Assembly: GCA_026414385.1 (NCBI GenBank)
Contig: JAOAJC010000003.1
Location: 1-56,392 of the forward strand
Direction of reading: 5' to 3'
Length of the DNA: 56,392 bases
Origin: Candidatus Pacearchaeota archaeon
GTDB taxonomy: Archaea; Nanobdellota; Nanobdellia; Pacearchaeales; GW2011-AR1
The translations under genes and the position numbers were made by a program. The notes under the pieces were generated by a model. The model did not search any database. It was not told the DNA's origin and worked only from the letters and a program-made list of their open reading frames with translations. The first letter of the stretch is position 1; each line of letters opens with the position of its first letter. This document shows, piece after piece, positions 16,807 through 25,925 of this stretch.

Positions 16807-19437
16807 ATGGTAGCAAAAGAGGTAGCAAGGACAAAAAAGGATGGAGAGTTTGTAAAGTGGTTTTCTGAATTAAATAATAAAGATATTAATATTGCTGGAG
16901 GGAAAGGAGCAAGCTTGGCTGAGATGTATAACATAGGAATGCCTGTTCCGCCCGGATTTGTTGTAACTGCTGATGCCTATGCTTATTTTATGGAAAATTC
17001 TGGATTGTTTGATAAAATAAAATTAATGTTAAAAGATTTGGATATAGAAGATACTACTAAATTGGAAAAAGTGACAAAAGAGATAAGAGAGATGATTGCG
17101 AATGCAAAAATGCCTGAGGAAATGGAAAAAGAGATTTGGGAGGCATATGATATACTTGATGTTGATAAAAAGATGTTTGAAGAAGCAAAAGGAACTGCAT
17201 TGGATATTTTATTGAGGGGAAGAGAGCCACCATTTGTTGCTGTGAGAAGTTCTGCGACAACAGAAGATTTAGCTGAAGCAAGCTTTGCAGGACAACAGGA
17301 AACTTTTCTCAATGTTAAGGGAAAAACAATGTTGGTTGAAAAAGTAAAAGAATGTATGGCTTCTTTGTTTACGGCGAGAGCAACTTATTATAGAGAGAAA
17401 AAAGGATTCGGGCAAGAAAAGGCAAGATTGGCGGTTGTTGTTCAAAAAATGATTAATTCTGACAAATCAGGAGTGATGTTTTCAAGAGCTCCTGTTGGCA
17501 ATCCGGATAACATATTAATAGAAGCTGTCTGGGGATTGGGGGAGGGCATTGTATCGGGAAGAATAAAGCCAGATTCTTATCTTGTTAATAGAGATATAGG
17601 TTTTAAGATATTAGAAACAAAAGTTTCTGAGAAAAAAGTTGCGTTTACAAGAGCATCTTCTGGAGAGACGCAGATTGTTAAATTAACGGAAAACAGAGCG
17701 AAGCAACAAGTTTTAACTGAGAGAGAAATTAGACAATTAGCAGAGTATGCAGTAAAACTTGAGGAACATTATGGAAAGCCACAAGACATAGAGTTTGCAA
17801 TTTCTGAAAACACGATTTACATTGTGCAATCTCGCCCTATTACAACATTAGGAAAAGAAAAGAAAGTTTCTGAAATAAAAGGAGAGATTTTGGTTTCTGG
17901 ATTGGCTGCTTCTCCAGGGGTTGGGGTGGGTATTGTGAGAATAGTAATGGATTTGAAAGATTTGAATAAAGTTAGAAAAGGAGATGTTCTTGTAACACCA
18001 ATGACAAATCCTGATATGGTTGTTACGATGCAAAAGGCTTCTGGAATAGTTACTGATGAGGGTGGAATAACATCACATGCTGCGATTGTATCAAGAGAGA
18101 TGGGAATTCCTGCTGTTGTTGGAACAGGAAACGCAACTAAAAAATTGAAGGATGGTGAGATAGTTACTGTTGATGGCAATTCTGGAAATGTTTATGCAGG
18201 AAGAGGGGAGGCAAAAGCTGTTGAGATAAAGCCAATTGTTCCGACGAAGACAAAAATAAAAGTTTTAGTTGATTTGCCCGAATTTGCACAAAGAGCTGCT
18301 TTGTCTGGAGCGAAAGAAGTGGGTTTAGTAAGGATAGAAGGAATTATTGCGTCTTCAGGAAGACATCCTCTTGGATTTTTAAAAAAGAATGCACTTGAGG
18401 ATTATTCAAAATTGCTTTATGAAGGATTAAAAAAAATTGCAGAACCATTTGAAGGGGTTTGGGTAAGAACTTCTGACATAAGAAGCGACGAATATCTAAA
18501 TTTAGAGGGCGCGCCAAAAGAAGTTGAAGGAAATCCTATGTTGGGCAATCATGGAATTAGATTTGGATTGAAAAACATCGGAATATTAAAAGCAGAGATA
18601 GATGCAATAATTAAAATTGCTGAAGAAAATCCAAACAAGAAAATTGGGGTAATGATGCCTCAAGTAATAAGCGTTGATGAATTAAAGTCGGTTAAGAAAA
18701 TTGTTGAGGAAATTGGCAGGCCAAAGAATTTTCAAATTGGAATAATGGTAGAAACGCCTGCTGCTGTTGAAATTATAAATGACTTGTGCGAGGAAGGTAT
18801 TGATTTTATAAGTTTCGGAACAAACGACTTAACACAATACATTCTTGCAATTGATAGAAATAATAGTGATGTGCAATATCTTTATAATGAGATGCATCCT
18901 GCTGTTCTTAATGCTATTAGCTATGTCATAAGAAGATGTAAGAAGTATAAGGTAATGACAAGCATTTGCGGGCAGGCAGGAAGCAGAGAAGAGATGGTTA
19001 AGTTTTTGGTAGAAAATGGAATTGATTCTATATCTGTGAATGCTGATGCTGCTGAGAGAATAAGCAAGTTTGTTGCTGAATTAGAAAAAACAATAAAAAT
19101 AGGGGAAGAAATTGAGAAACCAAAATTTATTGGAAAAATGCCTGAGAAACCAATAGAACCGATATTTGAAGCACCTAAAATGATAGGGGAAAAGAAAATT
19201 GAGGAAAGAAAGCCGGAGATTCCTGAAGTTCCTATTCCGAGCGATGTTCAGAAAGAAATGGCAAATAATGCAGATATACAAGATATTATATTGAGAGAAT
19301 TAGAAAAAAGCACTAAATTTGAGAGTGAGGATTATTTGCCTGGTTTGAAAGAAGGAAAGAAAGAGGTTCCTTCTTTAAATGAGGCAATTCCCATAGAAAA
19401 AGAATTTGAAAATAACAAAGAATTGAAAATAGAATAA
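16807..19437 (+). CDS. ppsA: Phosphoenolpyruvate synthase (pyruvate, water dikinase) with a ~110-aa E/K/P-rich C-terminal extension
   Basis: GGKGASLAEM (ATP-grasp), GGITSHAAIVSREMGIPAVVG (phospho-His domain), GTNDLTQY (PEP-utilising TIM barrel). Track start 16795 is TTG; ATG 16807 has TTTATTAA 30 nt upstream. Confidence 0.92.
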   Translation: MVAKEVARTKKDGEFVKWFSELNNKDINIAGGKGASLAEMYNIGMPVPPGFVVTADAYAYFMENSGLFDKIKLMLKDLDIEDTTKLEKVTKEIREMIANAKMPEEMEKEIWEAYDILDVDKKMFEEAKGTALDILLRGREPPFVAVRSSATTEDLAEASFAGQQETFLNVKGKTMLVEKVKECMASLFTARATYYREKKGFGQEKARLAVVVQKMINSDKSGVMFSRAPVGNPDNILIEAVWGLGEGIVSGRIKPDSYLVNRDIGFKILETKVSEKKVAFTRASSGETQIVKLTENRAKQQVLTEREIRQLAEYAVKLEEHYGKPQDIEFAISENTIYIVQSRPITTLGKEKKVSEIKGEILVSGLAASPGVGVGIVRIVMDLKDLNKVRKGDVLVTPMTNPDMVVTMQKASGIVTDEGGITSHAAIVSREMGIPAVVGTGNATKKLKDGEIVTVDGNSGNVYAGRGEAKAVEIKPIVPTKTKIKVLVDLPEFAQRAALSGAKEVGLVRIEGIIASSGRHPLGFLKKNALEDYSKLLYEGLKKIAEPFEGVWVRTSDIRSDEYLNLEGAPKEVEGNPMLGNHGIRFGLKNIGILKAEIDAIIKIAEENPNKKIGVMMPQVISVDELKSVKKIVEEIGRPKNFQIGIMVETPAAVEIINDLCEEGIDFISFGTNDLTQYILAIDRNNSDVQYLYNEMHPAVLNAISYVIRRCKKYKVMTSICGQAGSREEMVKFLVENGIDSISVNADAAERISKFVAELEKTIKIGEEIEKPKFIGKMPEKPIEPIFEAPKMIGEKKIEERKPEIPEVPIPSDVQKEMANNADIQDIILRELEKSTKFESEDYLPGLKEGKKEVPSLNEAIPIEKEFENNKELKIE

Positions 19438-19479
19438 ATTTTATTGTTGTAACCTAATTGTAGTAACAAAATAGAAAGA

Positions 19480-19487
19480 TTTAAATA
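19480..19487 (+). promoter_or_regulatory. TATA box TTTAAATA
   Basis: Starts 29 nt upstream of ATG 19509. Confidence 0.5.
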
Positions 19488-19508
19488 GTGATTTAAATTA
19501 AGTAAATT

Positions 19509-20276
19509 ATGACAAAAAAGACAAATCAGTTTGAGGAATTCAGAAAGAGTTATAATTCTTTAATGTTTGCTCAAGAAATAGGAAAGAGGGCATACTCTGA
19601 TAGTTCGCAAGAAAGATATAGAGCAAGAGAGTATGCGCTGGAAGAGATAGCAAAACTAAATCCTGGATTAGAAGCAATAATAAAAGATCCTATTGCGAGA
19701 GAACAAATTCCTTCTCATATTATAGACAAATATTTAGAGACGATTATTGGAAATTATGAAAGTGAAACTATTTTTAAAATTAAAAATTTTGGAAAAGAAA
19801 TAATCAGAGACGCTCCTGACAATGGTTTGGCGAGCATTATTATAGGAATTGAACCGTGCGATATAAAAAATAACGAGAAACATAATAAAATTGCTGAAAT
19901 ACATAAAAATTTGATTGAGTTTTATGGAGTATTGAATGCTTATGAAAATGATAATAAAAAAGCACATGGAATCACTTATTCTCTTGCCATGAAGGAGATT
20001 GCAGAAAAAATTAAAGTAATAAAAGATGGAAAAGAAAAAGAAAAAGTAGAAAGAGTTGGAGCAGTGCTTCTTGCAACAATTGCTGTCTCTGAGAGGGCTG
20101 GATTAGTTTATTTAAGTAGTAAGATAAAAGGAAAAGAAAAAGAATTTAATGGAATGTTCAAAGACGAGAAAGAAAAGGCAGAATATGCAAGAGCGACATT
20201 AGAATACTGGCTTGGAAAAGGCGAAATTAATAAAGTTATTGAGCCTCTTGGAAGAATAGAAATAAAAAAGAAATAA
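19509..20276 (+). CDS. Hypothetical protein, 255 aa
   Basis: Clean ATG ORF with a TATA box at -29. Very AT-rich, no family recognised. Confidence 0.6.
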   Translation: MTKKTNQFEEFRKSYNSLMFAQEIGKRAYSDSSQERYRAREYALEEIAKLNPGLEAIIKDPIAREQIPSHIIDKYLETIIGNYESETIFKIKNFGKEIIRDAPDNGLASIIIGIEPCDIKNNEKHNKIAEIHKNLIEFYGVLNAYENDNKKAHGITYSLAMKEIAEKIKVIKDGKEKEKVERVGAVLLATIAVSERAGLVYLSSKIKGKEKEFNGMFKDEKEKAEYARATLEYWLGKGEINKVIEPLGRIEIKKK

Positions 20277-20410
20277 ATGCTAAAAATTTATAAAAGAAAT
20301 TAAGAACAAGATAGTTAAGCGATAGTGGTTTTAAGATTTGTATTATATAGGTTTTAAAGTAAATTTGTCCACATCTTTAATTAGAACAGAAGAAATTGTT
20401 AAGAAAAAGA

Positions 20411-21250
20411 TTATTTCTTCAAGTGTTTTTTTATTTCAATCATCTCGTCAATTAGGCGAGTCATTTCTGAGAGAAATCTTTCTGCGAGAGTTTGCCATTG
20501 GTCTATTTCAGAACCTTTTATGTCAACAACCTTTCCGTATAAAATATCTTTATGTAGGAGATATAAATCATTAAATGCGCGAACATATCCGTGACTTAAT
20601 TTCCCTTTATCTACAAAAAGTTCCTTTAACATATTTGGAATGTGTTCTGGTGATGGAGGTATATGTCCTGCCATAATAATCGCTGCTTGGGCTGAATCAA
20701 CCATTGTCCAATAAACTCCCTCTATTGCACCCATTTCTGCTGCTTTACTTCTTGCTAAGTGAGAAGGTGCTCTTTGTAATGCTGAATAAACTGCTTCGGG
20801 AGTTGGTTTTATTCTACCCCTTTCCATTAGTGCTTTTATTGGAACGAAAAAAGCTCCGACATCTATAAGGGGTTCGCCATATCTTAATATGTTTAAAATA
20901 ACTGGGTCGCCATGCATTAAATCTTGCCAAAATGTTGTTAATTTTATTGTATTTATATGAAGGCGTTTGCTATGCTTATTTGAGGCAATGAGTTTTGATA
21001 GTTCTTCGCGATACCATGAAATAAGTTCTAAATCCCAATTTATTGATGCGTCGTCTATAACAAAAACAATGTCAATGTCAGAATCACTTTTTGCTAGTCC
21101 TTTTGCTTGCGAACCGAACAAAATTGATGCTCGTATTAGCCTATCAAACTTTTGGTGGGCTTTTGTAGCAAAATCCATTGCTATTTCTTTATCACCGGTA
21201 GGAGTTTCTTCAATAACTTTTATTTTCTCTTTTACCTCTTTTTTCCCCAT
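20411..21250 (-). CDS. Nucleotidyltransferase (MNT fold) fused to a helical HEPN-like domain
   Basis: GSQAKGLAKSDSDIDIVFVIDD. Paralogous to the core of 11236..13047. Locally high GC (42-45% in two lines counted). TTTAAAAA (reverse complement of 21273-21280) lies 30 nt upstream. Confidence 0.75.
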   Translation of the reverse strand: MGKKEVKEKIKVIEETPTGDKEIAMDFATKAHQKFDRLIRASILFGSQAKGLAKSDSDIDIVFVIDDASINWDLELISWYREELSKLIASNKHSKRLHINTIKLTTFWQDLMHGDPVILNILRYGEPLIDVGAFFVPIKALMERGRIKPTPEAVYSALQRAPSHLARSKAAEMGAIEGVYWTMVDSAQAAIIMAGHIPPSPEHIPNMLKELFVDKGKLSHGYVRAFNDLYLLHKDILYGKVVDIKGSEIDQWQTLAERFLSEMTRLIDEMIEIKKHLKK

Positions 21251-21288
21251 CTTGATTATAAATATTATCTTATTTTTAAATCATTCTA

Positions 21289-23091
21289 TTATTCTATTGG
21301 TGCTCCGGATAAACGACTTCTTCCAGATTGTTGCCCGCCAAGTTCAACAGGGAGATTTGAGAAACCTGCTCCAAAATAAGAGGCATGGGTTTCTGTGCCT
21401 GGCAAACCATAACCAGCAAAATATGCGCCTTGAGTAAGGCCCTGTGCTGTCCAATAGGGCATGTTTTTCATTGCATAGATGGGAGAATTAAAATGAGATA
21501 AAACTTCTCTAAACGGAGTGCTCTGGAAAAATTGATACCAATCTCCTACTTCAATCACTTTTTTAACTTGTTTGTTGTATTTTGAGATTGCGTCAAGAAT
21601 TTCTTTGTTTGGGACATTGCCCATTCCCATTGGAAGTTCTGTGTGTTCCAAACCAAAATTGTCAGAGAGATGAACGTGCTTTACTTTTGGGGCTATTTTT
21701 TTTGATTCCCCTATTATTTCTTTTTCTTGATATCCTAATTTTCTTAACATGTTTATGTGTCCGACATCCCATGTTGCGCCGATTATTTTTTCAGCATATC
21801 TTTTTGCTTCTTCTTCGCTTAGTCCTTTTTCAACAATTGCTTTTTTTACAAATTTATCTCTCGTAACCTCAATTAGTTTATTTAATTCATCAGCCCTGCT
21901 TATTCCTGTTGTGCCAGCAGGAGGATTTTCAATGCTTATAATTGGGGATTTATCGCCAAATTGGTTATATGATTGGAATGCAATATTCGCAAATGTTTCT
22001 GATGCTTTGTCAATTGCAAAATCTTTAAGAGGTTTGATAATCTGGGGAGTTTGAATGCCGTGAAGAATATGAATTCCTTTTTTAACAATCTCTGATAATT
22101 TGTTAATTTTTGAGTAATCTTTAGATATTTCATTTATATCCCTTGATATTTCCTCACGAAATCTATCTAGCTTTTCTTTATCCTCACCTTTTGATGCTAT
22201 GTATGCCTGATTAAATAATCCTTGTAATGAAGAGTAGGCATTTCTTAGATTAATGTGGGCGTGAGTAAATGAATCCATTAAATCTTCAACTTCGGCAATT
22301 TGCTCTTGCGGTAAGTGTGACTTTAATTCTTCGATACCTTCGCCTCTCGAATATTTATCGAACATCTCAAGAACTTTTGAAATTTCTTTGTCAGACATTT
22401 TTTCTTTTAGTTTTTTTTGAATATTTTCAATTTGATTGGAGCCGAGTGTTGCTGCGTAGCCCATATGATGAAGTGAGTTTGTCCAAGATTCTTCATTTAT
22501 TCTTTTAATTTGGTCTTCTGGAGAAATTACTTTTTGTTCTTCTTTAAGAAAGTAACTTGGCTTAAATTGAACTCTTTCAAAGTGCCCGTCTCTTTCATTA
22601 ACTACCATGAACTCTTTTATTTTTTCTTTTCCATCTTCTATTACTTTTGTCTCTGCTTCTGGAAGAGATGCACTTGAGTGAAACGTTACTATCACATTGC
22701 CTTCTTTGTCCAATTCGCGAGCTTTTTCAATTGCATTCCACATTTGCCGCTCTGCTTGTTCTCTATGAGATGGATCCCATCCTTGTCTTGTAACACCTGT
22801 TGGTTCAATTATCGGGGCGTGCAAAGTTAATTCTGCGCCTGCTAATTCTTTCAATCTCCTTAATTCTTCAAAATGTTGTTTTGGGATTGCTTCAAAAACT
22901 CTTGGATCAACAATGGAAACTTCAACTGCTTTTGCCCCAGTATGAAGTTTTTCTATTGTTGCTTTTAATTGGTTCGCTGTTCTCGGGTCGGTTGCAATAG
23001 AAAAAGCAGATGTCTCATAACCGGTTGGTTCGTAGTATTCCGGATTTAGACCGTTGTCAGAACCTTTATAATAAAAATTGCCACTTCCCAT
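21289..23091 (-). CDS. Xylose-isomerase-like / AP-endonuclease-2-type TIM-barrel protein interrupted by a ~200-aa helical insertion
   Basis: N-terminal half: LTLHAPII, VTFHSS. C-terminal half: IISIENPP, ATWDVGH, KHVHLSDNFG..H, VIEVG (candidate E/D/H/E metal ligands). aa ~150-355 are K/E-rich and helical. Confidence 0.6.
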   Translation of the reverse strand: MGSGNFYYKGSDNGLNPEYYEPTGYETSAFSIATDPRTANQLKATIEKLHTGAKAVEVSIVDPRVFEAIPKQHFEELRRLKELAGAELTLHAPIIEPTGVTRQGWDPSHREQAERQMWNAIEKARELDKEGNVIVTFHSSASLPEAETKVIEDGKEKIKEFMVVNERDGHFERVQFKPSYFLKEEQKVISPEDQIKRINEESWTNSLHHMGYAATLGSNQIENIQKKLKEKMSDKEISKVLEMFDKYSRGEGIEELKSHLPQEQIAEVEDLMDSFTHAHINLRNAYSSLQGLFNQAYIASKGEDKEKLDRFREEISRDINEISKDYSKINKLSEIVKKGIHILHGIQTPQIIKPLKDFAIDKASETFANIAFQSYNQFGDKSPIISIENPPAGTTGISRADELNKLIEVTRDKFVKKAIVEKGLSEEEAKRYAEKIIGATWDVGHINMLRKLGYQEKEIIGESKKIAPKVKHVHLSDNFGLEHTELPMGMGNVPNKEILDAISKYNKQVKKVIEVGDWYQFFQSTPFREVLSHFNSPIYAMKNMPYWTAQGLTQGAYFAGYGLPGTETHASYFGAGFSNLPVELGGQQSGRSRLSGAPIE

Positions 23092-23167
23092 AGATAATAA
23101 TAGAGTAAGAGTTATTTAAAAGTTTGTAGAAACAAACTTTCAATGAGGATTATTTAGAGTTGATTTA

Positions 23168-23623
23168 CTATGCTTCCCAAGGGTATTTGTGTTTTGTTTT
23201 TGGCTTTTCTTTTTCTTCAAGTTCGTATTTTCTTTCGCTAATTTCTTCTCCCAAAATTCTTTTTTCTTGTAATAATGGCTGTGATGAGGTTTGGGCAAAA
23301 AATTGCGATTCTTTTTTAAGAATTGGGGCTATTCTCTCAGATGATTCGTTACGCCTTTCTGTGATTAGAGGAGAGGTTTTTCTTGTTTCATAACTAATTA
23401 TTTCTTGTTCTTGCTTTTGAGATTTTTGTAATTGTGTCTCGGTTTTTGCTGGTTGGAAATGTTCCATTTCTAAAACAGGAACATTTGTGTTGTGGGGAAG
23501 GTGAATTCTTGAAGGAATATTTTCTAATTGTTCTTCTAAAGTTTCTTCTTTTTCTTGTTTTATTTCTTTTATTTTTATTTTTGATTTAATTTCCTTGACT
23601 TTAATTTTTACTTTTTTTTGCAT
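23168..23623 (-). CDS. Hypothetical low-complexity K/E/Q-rich protein, 151 aa
   Basis: ATG ORF between two larger same-strand genes. Antisense ORF 23160..23393 is judged spurious. Confidence 0.45.
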   Translation of the reverse strand: MQKKVKIKVKEIKSKIKIKEIKQEKEETLEEQLENIPSRIHLPHNTNVPVLEMEHFQPAKTETQLQKSQKQEQEIISYETRKTSPLITERRNESSERIAPILKKESQFFAQTSSQPLLQEKRILGEEISERKYELEEKEKPKTKHKYPWEA

Positions 23624-23734
23624 AATTCAAAATATATATTAGATTATTTAATACTTATTAATAATTAAAAAATAAGAGTTTATGAAAATTACGTTCATCA
23701 AACAACAATTTAAGAAACAAAAATTATCCATTAG

Positions 23735-25321
23735 TTAGAATGAGAACATCCCGTAAGTTTTTTTGAATGATTCATAAAACTTCCTGCATTTTCTTCTTCC
23801 CTCTATTGCTGTTTGAGAACGAATAACTTTTTCAAAGGCATCGTCTGATTTTATTGGTTTTAATGCTATATCTTCCTCTTTCTTTTTTTCTTTTGATGTT
23901 TCTGTTTTTTCTTTTTTAAATATAGAAAAAAGCGCTGAAAAAGGATTAACTTCTTTCTCCTCTTTTTTTTCCTCTTTTTTTGGCTCTTCTAAAAATTCTT
24001 CAACATCATATTTTAATTGTTCTATGCTTTCGGTTGTTGCCCCTTCTGTGAGCTGAATTAAGTCCTTGAAATTGTCTTTTTCTAATTGATTTTTTAACAA
24101 TTTAATTTCGTCTTCATTGAGGGAAAAACTTGTGAAGGTAATTTGTGCTTGTCCGATAAATGCATGCCCCCCTCTTTGCGTTCTTTCTGAAGAAGGATAT
24201 GTTCTGAATTTTAGTTCTACTAAAACACAGGGAAAATATTTTCTTGTTTTGTGAAGTGCGAAAATTTTTGGAAGTTCGCCTTTACCTATATCTGATAGAA
24301 CATTATAATCTGCCATGCCTAACAAAGCAAGTTCAAAATAAGAAGTTTCAAAAAGAGAGACAATTGCTGATGGATGTTCGGCTCTTTGTTCGAGTAATCT
24401 TGCTGCTCTTAAATATGGCTTTACCCATCTTGCGTATAATTGGAGAGTGTTATATTGACTTTTTAAGTATGCTTTTTCTATTTCGTATCTTTTTCTTAAT
24501 TCTTTTTCTGACTCTTTTAGCCAGTTTTCAAACTCTTGATAGCGAGAGACGAGTATTCTTTTAACTATTTCGTTTAAATCCATTTTTTTAGCATCTTCTG
24601 AAGATTTTGCTGCCATAAATGCGTCTATGAGCATAACAAAATTTGGTGCCTGTGCGCCAGAAACAGCGAGTGCTTTTATAGAAGTATTGCCTCTTTTTAT
24701 ATCTACTTGGTCTAGCCAAATCTGTTTTAGAGAAATTAGTGCGCCGTCTCTTGTTTTTTCATCTTTTAGTTCGTCATAGTATTTTAACCTTGTTTTAAAT
24801 TCTTTTAAGTCATAGGTTATGTTTAAAACCGATTTTACAACTTGATTTATTGCACCAAGAATTTTCATTGCTTCTTCTTGCATTGTTCGTGTTTTTACTG
24901 TTAATTCTGCAAAATAAGAAGAACCGGGGGAGGCAATAAAATTATCAAGAATTTTTTCTGCTTTTCCGTATTCAGATGTATTATAAAGATAATCGTGAAG
25001 CCAAAAATATAATTGTTCAATTGATTGTCCAGAAACCTCATAAGTTATTGAGTGTTGTTCAATTGGATTTTTTAATCCGGGGGCATCCATTGGTTTTGAG
25101 ATTATTGCATCTAAATCAAACCACAAACTCTCTATTAATTTTGCTTTGTTTGCTGCTTCAAGATAGATGCTTGCTGATGGCTTGGAAGAAGAGTAGTTGT
25201 TTTTTATCAAATTTTTAACTTCGCCACGAATATCAATTATTTTTCCATATTCTTCTTTTGTCTTAACACAATATATATCTGGATTGATTGCTGCTATTAA
25301 ATTTTTGATATCAACTGCCAT
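23735..25321 (-). CDS. Hypothetical 528-aa soluble protein: helical core, beta-rich segment and K/E-rich tail
   Basis: Long clean ORF. The core has conserved-gene-like composition (43% GC in one line counted). No P-loop, no TM segment, no family recognised. Confidence 0.7.
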   Translation of the reverse strand: MAVDIKNLIAAINPDIYCVKTKEEYGKIIDIRGEVKNLIKNNYSSSKPSASIYLEAANKAKLIESLWFDLDAIISKPMDAPGLKNPIEQHSITYEVSGQSIEQLYFWLHDYLYNTSEYGKAEKILDNFIASPGSSYFAELTVKTRTMQEEAMKILGAINQVVKSVLNITYDLKEFKTRLKYYDELKDEKTRDGALISLKQIWLDQVDIKRGNTSIKALAVSGAQAPNFVMLIDAFMAAKSSEDAKKMDLNEIVKRILVSRYQEFENWLKESEKELRKRYEIEKAYLKSQYNTLQLYARWVKPYLRAARLLEQRAEHPSAIVSLFETSYFELALLGMADYNVLSDIGKGELPKIFALHKTRKYFPCVLVELKFRTYPSSERTQRGGHAFIGQAQITFTSFSLNEDEIKLLKNQLEKDNFKDLIQLTEGATTESIEQLKYDVEEFLEEPKKEEKKEEKEVNPFSALFSIFKKEKTETSKEKKKEEDIALKPIKSDDAFEKVIRSQTAIEGRRKCRKFYESFKKTYGMFSF

Positions 25322-25438
25322 ATTTGCCTCTTTTTATTGATATAATAAGAAATTTGAAGTTTTAAAGGTTATTGATGTGTTGGAGAGGTTTTATGATTTT
25401 ATTTGTTGTTGAAACAAAATAAATTTACATAGAAAAAA

Positions 25439-25446
25439 TTTAAATA
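25439..25446 (+). promoter_or_regulatory. TATA box TTTAAATA
   Basis: Starts 29 nt upstream of micro-ORF ATG 25468. Confidence 0.4.
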
Positions 25447-25467
25447 TAATTAATAACATAAATAACT

Positions 25468-25536
25468 ATGATAAAAACTAGCAAAATAAACAAAGTTATT
25501 TTAACTTTAATTTTGCTAGTCGTTATTGTGCTGTAA
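25468..25536 (+). CDS. Candidate 22-aa hydrophobic micro-protein (MIKTSKINKVILTLILLVVIVL)
   Basis: ATG with TATA at -29. The stop codon lies inside the 5' arm of a perfect hairpin. Confidence 0.35.
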   Translation: MIKTSKINKVILTLILLVVIVL

Positions 25537-25562
25537 AGCCAAATTTATTTCTGGCTTTACAG
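25531..25562 (+). other. Perfect 11-bp inverted repeat with a 10-nt loop (CTGTAAAGCCA-aatttatttc-TGGCTTTACAG)
   Basis: Paired base by base: 25531-41 with 25552-62. It is the strongest hairpin I found in an intergenic region. Confidence 0.7.
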
Positions 25563-25599
25563 GATTGTTCTGTTAAAGTTAGAAATAAAAAATGTGAAA

Positions 25600-25905
25600 A
25601 TGAAAAGCAGATTGGAGTTAATAACAAAAGAAGAAAGAGAAATTATATTGAAGAATCTTGGAAATTGGAATGGAAACAAACCATTTGATTTAATAGATGT
25701 TTTGAGCAGAATAGATAAGAGAATTGAAGAAATTTATAGAAGCGGTAATGGAAATAACAAGGATTATAGGCAGGCTGGAATAATTTTTGAACATTTTGGA
25801 TGGTATCTTGGGAATTTGCCTTTTGAATTAGAAGCGAAATTGGCTCTTTATAGAGGATTGCCAAAAGAGATTTCTGAAAGAAAAATAAGAGAGATGTTTA
25901 AATAG
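25600..25905 (+). CDS. Hypothetical protein, 101 aa
   Basis: Track start 25594 is GTG; the first in-frame ATG is at 25600. Confidence 0.5.
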   Translation: MKSRLELITKEEREIILKNLGNWNGNKPFDLIDVLSRIDKRIEEIYRSGNGNNKDYRQAGIIFEHFGWYLGNLPFELEAKLALYRGLPKEISERKIREMFK

Positions 25906-25925
25906 GTATTATTCTTTGATTAATT

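Noticed and set aside
20411-21250. MNT/HEPN toxin-antitoxin (defence) module
   Set aside because: The two domains are fused in one polypeptide. I could not see a clear Rx4-6H HEPN catalytic motif. The gene has the most conserved-looking composition in the window, which fits a housekeeping enzyme better than a mobile TA pair.
20338-21437. Track ORFs 20338..20574, 20967..21437 and 21152..21379 on the + strand
   Set aside because: They overlap the well-supported minus-strand nucleotidyltransferase gene and the 3' end of the TIM-barrel gene. The translations are low complexity.
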